A DNA stretch of 40,541 bases. Origin: an uncultured Thermotogae bacterium (lineage in GTDB: Bacteria > Bipolaricaulota > Bipolaricaulia > M55B111). Numbering within the stretch: the stretch's first letter is position 1; the number at the start of each line of letters is the position of its first letter. The stretch lies in the NCBI GenBank assembly GCA_964576335.1, contig CAZNVA010000001.1, forward strand, positions 1 to 40,541, written 5' to 3'. Below the pieces are notes generated by a model that made no database searches, was not told the origin of the DNA, and saw only the letters and a program-made list of their open reading frames with translations. A program made the translations under genes and the position numbers. This document shows, piece after piece, positions 26,602 to 36,333 of this stretch.

Positions 26602-29280
26602 CTATCTTAACCTCATTTCCATCTTTACCGTATCGGAATCCCTATCAACCTCTTCAAACCCCATTTTTCGGGAGAGCTGCAGCATAGGTTTGTTGTTTTT
26701 CAATATGGTTGCGTAGATGCTTTCCAGGTTCTTGTCCTCCGCAACTCCGATAATCGAGTCAGTTAACTTTTCACCGAGCCCAAGTCTCTGCCAGGGATCT
26801 CCGACCACTACGGCGTATTCTCCGGTATCCTGGTTCGGTCCTATGATCAGTCTACCGACACCGATCATCTTTTCTCCTTCGTTTTCTTCCAGTATCCCGA
26901 TGATTGCCATTTCTCGCCGATAATCAATATTCGTGTAACGGGTCATCTCCTCGTGCGTTATTTCTGTCCGTGGCCCAAAGAACCGCTGCCGCCACGTCTT
27001 ATCGGAGAAGGAATCGAAAAGCTGGAATTCGAGCGGTTCGTCTTCGGGCTTAATCGGTCTCAGCGTGACGTTCCTGCCGTCATCCATGCGCCATTCTTCC
27101 ATGTATTGCCGCGGATAAGGTTCGATTGCCAGGTGTTCGTGTGACTCCTCTACTTTTCTGTCGCTGTATTCTTCATCGAGAATTATCCGGGCATCAAGGG
27201 CCTGGAACGAACCGTCGATCACGGCCAGTGGATTGATATCAATTTCTTTGATTTCGGGAAAGTCAATAATTAACTGTGAGAACTGGATTAGCTGTTTTTC
27301 GAGTTCTCTTATATTTGCTCCTTCCTTTCCCCGATAACCTTGAAGGAGCTGATAGACCTTTGTCTCTTCCATCAATCTGTGTGCGAGCACCTGGTTGAGC
27401 GGTGGGAAGCCAGCTGCCGTATCCTTGTAAAGTTCTACGCCGGTTCCACCTCGCCCAAACAGTATGGTGGCCCCGAATAACGGGTCCTTTTTGGAGCCCA
27501 ATATAAGTTCGTAATCGACGTCCGAGACCATTTTCTGTACGGATACTCCAATTATATCCGCTGACGGTCTATGGCTTTCCGCACTGGAAACGATTTGTTT
27601 GTAAGCCTCTTCTACTTCGTCCTTGTTCTGTAGGTTGAGTTTGACTCCACCCACGTCGGTTTTGTGCGTTATATCGTGTGAATGTATCTTGAGTGCAACG
27701 GGATAGCCAATTTCGTATGCCAGATTCGCTGCTTGAGATGGTGATTCGGCTATTTTCGTTTTTGATATAGGTATTCCGTAGGTATCGAGAAACTTCTTTG
27801 ACTCGACTTCCGTCAGCGTCGTTCTACCCGAGCGCAATACTTTCCTCACCAGTGCCTTCAAATGGTGGTGAGGCGGTTGGTTATTTACCGGTAATTCTTC
27901 CGGTGTTTCGTAAAGCAATTCCAGGTTTCGGGCGTAGCGGTACATGTACATGAAAGCGCTTATTGCCTGCTCGGGTGTCGGTCTGGTAGGAACGTTTTCC
28001 TTTCTCAAGATTTCTCGGCCCTCGTCGACCTCACCCGCCCCCATGAAGGAAGTAACTATGGGCTTGTCGGTCTCCTTGGAGACGTTGGCAACGGCTTTTG
28101 CAGCGTCTTTGGCCGATGCCTTGCCCTGTGGGGCGTAAATAACAATTACGCCGTCCACGTCATCGTCCTCTATGCAGGCCTGGATGGAACTCTCGTAACG
28201 GCTGGTATCCGCATCTCCAAGGACGTCAACGGGATTTTTTACGCTTGCCTGGTCCGGCAGGAAATCAGTCAGTTCCTCCTCGGTTTTTGCGGAAAGGTCC
28301 GCAAGCTCCCCTCCGGAATCGAGGATTGCATCCGTGGTCATGATCCCGGGTCCCCCGGCGTTGGTCACTATAGCCATTTTCGGTCCGTCCGGCAGGTTTT
28401 GCTTGCTCAGGGTTTCCGAACTGCTGAATAGATCGTCGACGTCGGAAACTCTGGTTACACCGACGCGTTTAAAGGCCGCGTCGTATATTTGATCCTCTCC
28501 GGCAAGGGAACCCGTGTGAGAGGCAACGGCTTCGGCGCTTTTCGAATACTTGCCGGCTTTTACCACCAGGATCGGCTTGGTCCGGGCGAAACCCCGGGCG
28601 GCGCTCATAAATTTTTCCGCGTCCTTAACCGTCTCCATGTACATAATAATACTGTCGGTCTTCGGGTCCTGTCCGAAGTAGTCGATCAGGTCCCCGAAGT
28701 CGATGTCCATCATGTTACCGACGGAAACAAAGGCACTGAAGCCGACCTTGGCTTTGGTCGACCAGTCCAGAATCGCAGAACCCATGGCGCCACTTTGAGA
28801 TAGAAATGCCACCTTGCCGGCAGCGGCGTCCTTGCGCAGGAAGGTAAGGTTGAGGTCGGCGCCGGGTCTAATCGTTCCCAGGCAGTTTGGCCCCAGGACC
28901 CTCATATCGTGTTTTTTTCTGCTTTTTTCGAGTTCCTTTTCCAGCTGCTTGCCTTCTTTTCCGGTTTCGCTAAAGCCGGCCGATATCACTATTGCGGAAT
29001 CTATACCGACCTTACCGCACTCATCAATTATGCCAGGAACCGTTTTGGCCGGTGTGGCGATTACGGCCAGATCGACTTCCCCCTCGATTTCGCTCACGCT
29101 GGAAAATGCTTCTATATCCATTACTTCGTCTCTATTGATGTTAACGGGATATATATCCCCCTCGAAACCCTCTACTATGTTTTGCATCAGAGTCGCACCG
29201 ACGGAACCTTCTTTTTCGCTTGCCCCGATCACGGCCAGCGACTCAGGCTTGAAAATATTATCCAGTTTTTTAGCTGGCAT
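26602..29280 (-). CDS. pat: Pat-type protein acetyltransferase: NDP-forming acyl-CoA synthetase-like domains fused to a C-terminal GNAT domain
   Basis: 892 aa. CoA-binding N-terminus (IAVIGASEKEGSVG), a succinyl-CoA-synthetase-like region with SHTGSLAG, an ATP-grasp middle domain, and a GNAT motif A at the C-terminus (WQRLGLGEKL). Confidence 0.85.
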   Translation of the reverse strand: MPAKKLDNIFKPESLAVIGASEKEGSVGATLMQNIVEGFEGDIYPVNINRDEVMDIEAFSSVSEIEGEVDLAVIATPAKTVPGIIDECGKVGIDSAIVISAGFSETGKEGKQLEKELEKSRKKHDMRVLGPNCLGTIRPGADLNLTFLRKDAAAGKVAFLSQSGAMGSAILDWSTKAKVGFSAFVSVGNMMDIDFGDLIDYFGQDPKTDSIIMYMETVKDAEKFMSAARGFARTKPILVVKAGKYSKSAEAVASHTGSLAGEDQIYDAAFKRVGVTRVSDVDDLFSSSETLSKQNLPDGPKMAIVTNAGGPGIMTTDAILDSGGELADLSAKTEEELTDFLPDQASVKNPVDVLGDADTSRYESSIQACIEDDDVDGVIVIYAPQGKASAKDAAKAVANVSKETDKPIVTSFMGAGEVDEGREILRKENVPTRPTPEQAISAFMYMYRYARNLELLYETPEELPVNNQPPHHHLKALVRKVLRSGRTTLTEVESKKFLDTYGIPISKTKIAESPSQAANLAYEIGYPVALKIHSHDITHKTDVGGVKLNLQNKDEVEEAYKQIVSSAESHRPSADIIGVSVQKMVSDVDYELILGSKKDPLFGATILFGRGGTGVELYKDTAAGFPPLNQVLAHRLMEETKVYQLLQGYRGKEGANIRELEKQLIQFSQLIIDFPEIKEIDINPLAVIDGSFQALDARIILDEEYSDRKVEESHEHLAIEPYPRQYMEEWRMDDGRNVTLRPIKPEDEPLEFQLFDSFSDKTWRQRFFGPRTEITHEEMTRYTNIDYRREMAIIGILEENEGEKMIGVGRLIIGPNQDTGEYAVVVGDPWQRLGLGEKLTDSIIGVAEDKNLESIYATILKNNKPMLQLSRKMGFEEVDRDSDTVKMEMRLR

Positions 29281-29595
29281 GTTGAGACCTCCTGAACAAG
29301 GTAATAAAGCTGTTAAAAGATGAGTTCATGTTTCAATAGAACCGTAAAATACGAAAAGAAATAGTAAAAAACTAATCACGGCTAAAGTATTTTAACGAGC
29401 CCGAACTACTTTAGCAAACCCGAAATAATCGTTGTATAAGCTGGATTATCAATTTAAACTTTAGTTACCCCGTAACCAGAATATCAAGTTAAGTTTATCA
29501 TTTGTAAATTTAAGGCTTATTTGATAGACCGACGAAGGTTTGGGTTCCTGGTTGCCGTTTTTTCGTCATTTGAACCACCTTTTTCAGGAGCAAAA

Positions 29596-31203
29596 ATGGA
29601 CTTCAGTTACGAACTTTTATTGTTGCCCGTAGTGGCAAGCCTTATTGGGTATTCCACGAACTGGATCGCCATAAGAATGCTCTTTCGGCCGCTCGAGGAA
29701 AAGAGGATTTTTGGCTTTAAGGTGCCGTTTACCCCTGGACTGATACCAAAAAGGCGCAACGAGATAGCCGAGAACATCGGTCAGGCAGTTGGGGCACACC
29801 TCTTGACTCCCGAGGCACTCGAAGCGAGGTTGCGTGCGCCCGCTGTCAGGGACGAACTGGAAAAGACCCTGTCGAACTGGCTGGTGGTTTTTTTGGAAAA
29901 AGATAGGGGTACCGTGATGGAGGCCGTGCCGGAGGAAGTCCAGCCCGAGCTGGAAGCGGGTTTCGCCGAATTTCAGGAAAAAGTTAAAAGCTGGCTTGCC
30001 GATATAACTACGGGTGAGGAGATGGAGGAGTTCCTCAGGGGGCTCGTTGCAAGCGGAGTGGATTTACTCTCGAGCAAGGAGATAGGAGAACTGGTCGATC
30101 AAACTTCCTACGAGGAGATAGCAATTAAGCTGGAAGACGTGACGGCGGAGCTGGCTGAACGAGAAGAGGTGGAGAACTTACTGGAGGAATTCTGGGTCGA
30201 AAAATTAAGGGAAATTGAGAACAAAGGGGGGAGCCTGGAAGATTACCTCGGGGAGGAGCTGGAGAACTTGCTGGTTCGTCAGGTTGAGGCCAACGTCCCG
30301 TTCCTCCTGCGACGAGGAGCCGAGTTGCTGGATCGTCCCCGGTTGCGTTCCCGGCTGAAGGAGGTCGTGGTGGACTTCCTGGACGAAAGAATAGAAGGAG
30401 AATTTGACGAGGATTCAGTCTGGGACCAGGTAAAGCGGGGCTTTCTGGAAACGGTGGTCATGCCCCAGGAGAGGTTGCAGCGGGAAGTAAGCGCGGTAAT
30501 TGACGAGGGGATACCGAAGCTGATGGAGTTGATGGAGCAGGAGGAATTTAGAAGGGAAGCTGCGGCTTCCGGCGTTAAGACCTTAAAGAAGTTCTTGAGA
30601 AAGGACCTATCGGAATTGCTACCCGCCGAGGAAGGCACTGAAAAGGTGGCCGGAGTATTTACGGACGTATCCCTTGCGGTTTTGCGGAGCAAAAAAGTCA
30701 GATCCTTCTTTTTTCAGGGTCTGGTGAAAGTTTTGAAAAGTTCAGAAGGGAAAAGGGTAGACGAACTGGTTGATCTCGAAGAGGAGGAAGAAAAGGAAGC
30801 AATAGTAAGAGCCGTGAGTGGTTATCTGGTTGAAACTATCGGGTCGGAAGACGTCCAGGACGAACTGGCCCGGGTCGTATCGAGGCAACTCGAGGAGCTA
30901 AAGGACAGGAGGCTGGGGAAACTGTCGAGCTGGGTCGACCCGGAGAGGGTTACTCCATTTGCCGGACCGATAGTTGACGAACTCCTGGGGGTCGTGTCCC
31001 GTCAGGGTCCCTCGCTTCTGGGAACGATCGACGTGGAAGAATTGGTGAAACAGGAAGTCAACGATTTTCCGATAGGTCGGGTGGAGCGGCTCGTGCTGGA
31101 CGTAACTGGGGATCAGTTCCGGGCAATCACCTGGTTCGGAGCCCTGATAGGTTTCCTCGTCGGAATTCTGCAAATACTGATACTAACTCTTGGTGGTTCT
31201 TAG
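29596..31203 (+). CDS. DUF445 family membrane-associated protein
   Basis: ATG 29596 lies 5 nt after AGGAG. The N-terminal TM segment carries GYSTNWIAIRMLFRP..PFTPGLIPKRR. A long acidic helical middle and a C-terminal TM (ITWFGALIGFLVGILQILILTLG) follow. The ORF-track TTG 29521 extension is unsupported. Confidence 0.7.
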   Translation: MDFSYELLLLPVVASLIGYSTNWIAIRMLFRPLEEKRIFGFKVPFTPGLIPKRRNEIAENIGQAVGAHLLTPEALEARLRAPAVRDELEKTLSNWLVVFLEKDRGTVMEAVPEEVQPELEAGFAEFQEKVKSWLADITTGEEMEEFLRGLVASGVDLLSSKEIGELVDQTSYEEIAIKLEDVTAELAEREEVENLLEEFWVEKLREIENKGGSLEDYLGEELENLLVRQVEANVPFLLRRGAELLDRPRLRSRLKEVVVDFLDERIEGEFDEDSVWDQVKRGFLETVVMPQERLQREVSAVIDEGIPKLMELMEQEEFRREAAASGVKTLKKFLRKDLSELLPAEEGTEKVAGVFTDVSLAVLRSKKVRSFFFQGLVKVLKSSEGKRVDELVDLEEEEEKEAIVRAVSGYLVETIGSEDVQDELARVVSRQLEELKDRRLGKLSSWVDPERVTPFAGPIVDELLGVVSRQGPSLLGTIDVEELVKQEVNDFPIGRVERLVLDVTGDQFRAITWFGALIGFLVGILQILILTLGGS

Positions 31204-32000
31204 TGCACCCGATAGCCTTCCGGCTGGGACCTCTTACGGTTCGCTGGTACGGGATAGCCTACGCAGTTGCCCTGCTGGTAGTTCTTGCCGTGCTCAGAAG
31301 CGAGTCCCGCCGGAAACAACTTGAGCTGGAACTGAACGACCTGATTGATTTTATCCTGCTCGTCTTTCCGCTCGGCCTTATAGGAGCGCGGTTATACTAT
31401 GCCCTGTTTTACCTGGATTTCTTCCGGGATAACCCGCTTGCTTTGGTCGGAATCGGCGGGGGAGGGTTCGGGCTGGCCGGTCTGGCAATTCATGGCGGTC
31501 TGATTGGTGGGTTGATCGGGCTCGTGATCTATTCCCGGTGGAAAGGAGTCGGTATACTGGAATTTGCCGACGCCCTGGCTCCGGCCCTGGTCCTCGGACA
31601 GGCAATTGGCAGGCTGGGGAACTTCATGAACGGGGACGCCTACGGTTACCCCACTGATGCACCCTGGGGGATAGAGTTCGCGAAAAATACTGCGGCCGGG
31701 ACGGAATTCCCGGGTCAGAAGTTACACCCCACCATGCTATACGAGTTCGGGCTCAACCTCCTGATTTTCGCGACGCTGTGGCGGTTGAGGCGGAAGGGCT
31801 ATAAAAGAGGTTTTATCGTTTCCCTTTACTTTATACTCTATTCGGTCGGTCGGTCGGTCATTAGCTTCTACCGGGCGGGTAGCCTCTGGATTGGACCGAT
31901 CCGGGCGGCTCATCTTATCAGTATAGTAATCGTGACCGGGGCCGGCTATTTTATCTGGCAGGGTGAGCTTTACCGCAAAGTGGAGGATAGGAGTGGTTAA
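31203..32000 (+). CDS. lgt: prolipoprotein diacylglyceryl transferase
   Basis: 265 aa. N-terminal RWYGIAY, GARLYY and the signature [10 protein letters not shown] are present. The GTG start overlaps the DUF445 stop (TAGTG). Confidence 0.9.
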   Translation: MHPIAFRLGPLTVRWYGIAYAVALLVVLAVLRSESRRKQLELELNDLIDFILLVFPLGLIGARLYYALFYLDFFRDNPLALVGIGGGGFGLAGLAIHGGLIGGLIGLVIYSRWKGVGILEFADALAPALVLGQAIGRLGNFMNGDAYGYPTDAPWGIEFAKNTAAGTEFPGQKLHPTMLYEFGLNLLIFATLWRLRRKGYKRGFIVSLYFILYSVGRSVISFYRAGSLWIGPIRAAHLISIVIVTGAGYFIWQGELYRKVEDRSG

Positions 32001-33631
32001 GCTTTAATCTGCTCTTTATCCCTGCAGGCCCGGAGAAAGCTGGTAAAGAGGGGATGAGGGTCCTCGAGTCGGGAGTTAAACTCCGGATGAAACTGCACGC
32101 CTATGTACCAGGGATGGTCCTCGTACTCGATTACTTCTACTAACTGACCATCCAGGGAAGTTGCTGCCATTTTCATTCCGGCAGCCTCGAATTCCTCTCT
32201 GTAGTCGTTGTTAAATTCGTACCTGTGTCTGTGCCTCTCCGAAATAGTACTTTTGCCGTAAATATCTTCCGTCTTCGTGCCGGGAGTGATGGTCGATTCG
32301 TAACTACCGAGTCGCATGGTGCCGCCCTTCTTCTCTATTTCGATTTGCTCGGGCATCAGGTCTATTACCAGGTCGGAGGCGTCGGGGTTAAATTCCGTGC
32401 TGTTTGCTTCCTTGTGCCCGATGACGTTCCTGGCGAATTCGATTGTCGCGACCTGCATGCCGAGGCAGATTCCGAAGAGGGGGATACCTTTCTTTCTTGC
32501 CAGTTTGGCGGTCGTTATCTTGCCTTCTACCCCCCGTTTGCCGAAGCCGGGCGGTATAACTACCCCGTCTACCTTTTCCAGATGGTCCTCCAGGTCGCTC
32601 TTTTCTAGGTCCTCCGAGGAGAACCAGAGAAATTGCGGTTTGATCCCGGTCTCGGCGGCACCGTGCTGAAAGGCTTCCGTTATGCTTATGTAGGCGTCCT
32701 CCAGTTCGGTGTACTTGCCAAACATCCCTATGGTTACCTGGTCTTCGGGGTGTTTTATCTTCTCGACCCGGCGGGACCAATCGGACATGTCCTTGTCTCG
32801 CTTGGGAAGGTCAAGCTGTTCCAGCACTCGCACGTCGAGTTCCTCTTTCTCCATGGCCATCGGAACTTCGTAGATTACGTCCATATTCTGGTTTTCTATG
32901 ACGTTCTCAGTCGGTACGTCACAGAAAAGTCCGATCTTGTTCCTGACGGACTGCGGGAGATCACGATCGCAGCGGGCCACGATGATGTCGGGAGTAATAC
33001 CTATTCCCCGTAGCTCCTTGACGCTGTGTTGTGTCGGTTTTGTTTTTAGCTCCTTGGACGTTTTCAGGTAAGGTACGAGCGTCAGGTGAATAAAGGCCAC
33101 GTTCTCCGGCGGTATCTCGTCCTTCATCTGGCGCAGGGCTTCGAGAAAGGGCAGGCTTTCTATGTCTCCGACCGTACCTCCTACCTCGGTGATTATCAGG
33201 TCCGAATCCGATTCCTCCAGAGGTTGCTTTATGTCTCGCTTGATCTCGTTCGTAATGTGAGGAATTATCTGGACTGTTTTTCCCAGGTATTCTCCTTTTC
33301 GTTCCTTCTCCATTACGGATGAATATACCATGCCGGTGGTTACGTTGTTTGCCCCCGTCAGCTCCTCGTTGATGAACCTCTCGTAATGCCCCAGGTCCAG
33401 GTCCGTTTCCGCACCGTCTTTCGTAACGAATACCTCGCCGTGCTGGTACGGGTTCATGGTACCTGCGTCCACGTTTAAATAAGGGTCCACCTTCTGGAGG
33501 GTCGGTTTGAATCCGCGCGATTTTAGCAGACGTCCGAGCGAGGCAGCAACGATTCCCTTTCCCAGCCCGGAAAGTACGCCGCCCGTGACGAAAATGTATT
33601 TGTTATCGGAATTATTGTGGTCTTTATTCAT
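31997..33631 (-). CDS. pyrG: CTP synthase
   Basis: 544 aa. N-terminal [16 protein letters not shown], and a glutamine amidotransferase domain with GICLGMQ and FHPEF. Confidence 0.97.
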   Translation of the reverse strand: MNKDHNNSDNKYIFVTGGVLSGLGKGIVAASLGRLLKSRGFKPTLQKVDPYLNVDAGTMNPYQHGEVFVTKDGAETDLDLGHYERFINEELTGANNVTTGMVYSSVMEKERKGEYLGKTVQIIPHITNEIKRDIKQPLEESDSDLIITEVGGTVGDIESLPFLEALRQMKDEIPPENVAFIHLTLVPYLKTSKELKTKPTQHSVKELRGIGITPDIIVARCDRDLPQSVRNKIGLFCDVPTENVIENQNMDVIYEVPMAMEKEELDVRVLEQLDLPKRDKDMSDWSRRVEKIKHPEDQVTIGMFGKYTELEDAYISITEAFQHGAAETGIKPQFLWFSSEDLEKSDLEDHLEKVDGVVIPPGFGKRGVEGKITTAKLARKKGIPLFGICLGMQVATIEFARNVIGHKEANSTEFNPDASDLVIDLMPEQIEIEKKGGTMRLGSYESTITPGTKTEDIYGKSTISERHRHRYEFNNDYREEFEAAGMKMAATSLDGQLVEVIEYEDHPWYIGVQFHPEFNSRLEDPHPLFTSFLRACRDKEQIKA

Positions 33632-33740
33632 GACGAATTATTGTAGATAAAGTTGCTCCCAGGTGCAATGACCAGGAAAACTAAATTTCCTCGAGATCGG
33701 TTTTACTGTCGGAAACCAAATCGATCAACGGGGTAAAGGC

Positions 33741-34298
33741 CTATTGGCTTTCAAAGGTCTCGTTGAATATTTTTTCGTGGAGCCGAAAGGAACTTTCGCC
33801 GTAAAGAACCAGTCTAACTAACTCGGGTCTTTCGTTGTTCTCGAGAAAGCTCTTTATCGTGGTTACGGCGATTTCCCCGGCTTCCCTTTCCGGGTACCCG
33901 AAAGCGCCGGTACTTAATGCCGGAAACGAGACGCTGTTAATACCTTCCTTCTTTGCAAGTTCCAGGCTATTTTGGTAGGAAGATTCCAGGAGTTTCGGAT
34001 CTTCCGGGGAGTCACTGTAGACCGGACCCACTGTATGAATTACGTAAGCCGCTGGAAGTTCGTAACCTTCTGTCAGTTTGGCTTCTCCGGTTTCGCAACC
34101 GCCCAGTTGCTTGCTCTCCTCCCATAGTTTCGGTCCGGCAGCCCTGTGTATCGCTCCAGCCACGCCGCCACCGGGTGCCAGTTTCTTGTTGGCGGCGTTA
34201 ACCACGGCTTCGGTTTCCTGTTTGGTTATGTCGCCCTGAAGAAGTTCGAATTTATTGCCATTAACTTCCCGCTGTAAAAAGTTCTCCTTTCGCCCCAT
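33741..34298 (-). CDS. macro domain protein (O-acetyl-ADP-ribose deacetylase / ADP-ribose-binding, YmdB-like)
   Basis: 185 aa. Motifs GDIT, VNAANKKLAPGGGVAGAIHRAAG and SFPALSTGAFGYP are present. Confidence 0.85.
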   Translation of the reverse strand: MGRKENFLQREVNGNKFELLQGDITKQETEAVVNAANKKLAPGGGVAGAIHRAAGPKLWEESKQLGGCETGEAKLTEGYELPAAYVIHTVGPVYSDSPEDPKLLESSYQNSLELAKKEGINSVSFPALSTGAFGYPEREAGEIAVTTIKSFLENNERPELVRLVLYGESSFRLHEKIFNETFESQ

Positions 34299-34327
34299 TT
34301 TTACCCCCCCAACTTTGTGGCCAGGTG

Positions 34328-34789
34328 TCAGTACTCTTTCCGGCTGTGCTCTTTTAACTTCTTCTCTATTCTCCTCTCCTGATCCCTTTTCTTTATCTTT
34401 TCCCTTTTGTCGTACTCCTTTTTCCCTTCCCCCAGGCCTAGTTTTACTTTCGCGTATCCCTTCTTAAAATAGATCTCGACCGGGATCAGCGAATAACCTT
34501 TCTGCTGCGTTTTACCGATGAGCCTTTTGATTTCCGGCTTTCTGAGCAGTAACTTTCTTTTTCTCCTCGGTTCGTGGTTTTCCCTGTTCCCCTGTTCGTA
34601 ACGCGCTATGTGGACGTTATGCAGGAATACTTCTTCATCAGTAACCTTTGCGTAGCCGTCTTTCAGGCTGCATCGACCGGCTCTGAGGCTTTTTACCTCG
34701 GTCCCGCGGAGAACCATGCCGGCTTCGTAGAATTCTTCAAAATCGAAGTTCCGGAAGGCTCTTTTGTTTTTAGCTACTGATTTGACCAT
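34328..34789 (-). CDS. smpB: SsrA-binding protein
   Basis: 153 aa. Contains KNKRAFRNFD, a GYSLIPVEIYFKKGYAKVKLGLGEGKKEYDKRE block and a basic tail. Confidence 0.95.
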   Translation of the reverse strand: MVKSVAKNKRAFRNFDFEEFYEAGMVLRGTEVKSLRAGRCSLKDGYAKVTDEEVFLHNVHIARYEQGNRENHEPRRKRKLLLRKPEIKRLIGKTQQKGYSLIPVEIYFKKGYAKVKLGLGEGKKEYDKREKIKKRDQERRIEKKLKEHSRKEY

Positions 34790-35047
34790 TTTGACTCACG
34801 CTTTGGGAAGCATCCTGTCGGTTTCCGTTCGCCCAAATTTAAACTATCAACTTAAAAAACGAACGCACGTACTTTAAGGCGAAAAACCTGCCTTAGACCG
34901 GTGAAAGACCCTGGGAATTACTAAATGATGGCAAAGCCGACTCAGCCGGTAATCTTTATTCGTAACTTTTTATTCGTTGATTATTCTGACCTGTCAGAAA
35001 TTAGAACAACACGACCGAGTTCGTTGAGGAGGGGGGTTAAAAAGTGA

Positions 35048-35236
35048 TTATTCCTCTTCTTCGACTTCCATTATCTGCTCGCCGTCGTAGTACCCACAAT
35101 TGGCACAGACGCGATGGGGAAGCTTTAACTCGTGACAGTGAGGACATTCCGTTGCCGTAGGGTTAACTACGGGTTTGTTGCCGGCGTGCCTCTTTCTCTT
35201 GCTTGACCTCGACGTTCTAAACTTTGGTACAGCCAT
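35048..35236 (-). CDS. rpmF: 50S ribosomal protein L32 (zinc-ribbon form) with acidic tail
   Basis: 62 aa. N-terminus MAVPKFRTSRSSKRKR, then CPHC..CANCG. It ends EVEEEE. GAGGAGG SD upstream. Confidence 0.93.
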   Translation of the reverse strand: MAVPKFRTSRSSKRKRHAGNKPVVNPTATECPHCHELKLPHRVCANCGYYDGEQIMEVEEEE

Positions 35237-35301
35237 AATTCCTCCTCAGTTATCTCTTGATTTCAAATCTCCTCTGATTTTAATAAAGGGGTACAGGCTT
35301 T

Positions 35302-35742
35302 TCAACTTTCCAGACTAAAGGTAATGGGTCCGTCGTTCGTCAGGTTGACCTTCATGTAACTTCCAAATTTTCCCGATTCGACCCGGTAAGGATGTTTCTC
35401 ATTTATCCGGTCGACGAACTCCCGGTAAAGCTCCTTTGATTTATCGAAATCTCCGGCCATCGAAAAGTTCGGCCTTCTGCCCGAAGTTAGCTGACCGTAC
35501 AGGGTAAACTGGGATACGATTAGTGCTTCGCCTTCTACCTCATCAATAGAAAGGTTCATTTTTCCGTCTTCGTCCGGGAAAATCCTTAAGTTTAAAATAC
35601 TATCGACCAGTTCGTCGACGTCCTCTCTTTCGTCTCCCTGTTTCACGCCGAGGAATATCAGCATACCGTAGTTAATTGACCCCTCGACCTTTTCTTCTAC
35701 CCTCACTTCTGCTTCTTCTACTACCTGTATCAGTGCTTTCAA
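35302..35742 (-). CDS. dtd: D-aminoacyl-tRNA deacylase
   Basis: 146 aa. N-terminus MKALIQ-V, with the SQFTLYG and NDGPITF motifs. TTG start after AGGAGGA. Confidence 0.93.
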   Translation of the reverse strand: MKALIQVVEEAEVRVEEKVEGSINYGMLIFLGVKQGDEREDVDELVDSILNLRIFPDEDGKMNLSIDEVEGEALIVSQFTLYGQLTSGRRPNFSMAGDFDKSKELYREFVDRINEKHPYRVESGKFGSYMKVNLTNDGPITFSLES

Positions 35743-35763
35743 ATTTTCCTCCTTTTTCGGGTT

Positions 35764-36333
35764 TTAACTTTCTCCACTTACAATTGCCCGGGCTATCATG
35801 TCCGCCAGCCGCAACGGTTCGGGAAGTATCGAAGCGGAGGAAGTGACCTCCAGAACGTGTTTGGCGTCCTCTAAAGCCAGCGAAGCCGTCTGGAAGTATA
35901 CCCTGTGGTTTTGCAGTTCATGAGAATGGACCTCGCCCGCTGCTCGTGCTGCCTCCCAGCGCCTCCGGAAATCGGGGAGATTGCGCAGCCCCGATTTGAA
36001 CCCCTGGAGGTCCGGCTCGTTTCGCGTCACCGCGAGAACGGGCAGGCCGGTTTCTCTGGCAACCTTACTTATATCCGCGACGTTAAAACCCGCGAAGGTC
36101 ACTCCGGCCAGTGCAATCAGGTTTAGTTCCTGGTAGTGTTTGCTCTCAGAGACGGAGTTGATTAGCTTCTCGGTTACGTCCAGACCGTCCACTTCTACAT
36201 CGCTTCTCAGTACCCCCTCCACCCGCCTACCTCCGCTCATCACCACACCTATCAGGGGCGTTTGCTCGTCCTTTTCCAGCTCGAATGGTCCGTCATCCCA
36301 GCCCACGATCTTGCACTTTTCCTTGAAAGCCAT
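35764..36333 (-). CDS. DUF99 (UPF0215) family protein, endonuclease V-like fold
   Basis: Starts at ATG 36333 (MAFKEKCKIVGWDDGPF). Family-typical blocks are IGVVMSGG..VEGVL, DGLDVTE, GVTFAGFNV.DI....TGLPVLAV and the C-terminal LPEPLRLADMIA. The 18-aa ORF-track extension is unsupported. Confidence 0.7.
   Translation of the reverse strand: MAFKEKCKIVGWDDGPFELEKDEQTPLIGVVMSGGRRVEGVLRSDVEVDGLDVTEKLINSVSESKHYQELNLIALAGVTFAGFNVADISKVARETGLPVLAVTRNEPDLQGFKSGLRNLPDFRRRWEAARAAGEVHSHELQNHRVYFQTASLALEDAKHVLEVTSSASILPEPLRLADMIARAIVSGES

Noticed and set aside
34790-35047. tmRNA (ssrA) expected next to smpB.
   Set aside because: The spacer is too short for a ~350-nt tmRNA. It has no tRNA-like 5' GGGG / 3' T-arm-ACCA ends and no tag-peptide reading frame.
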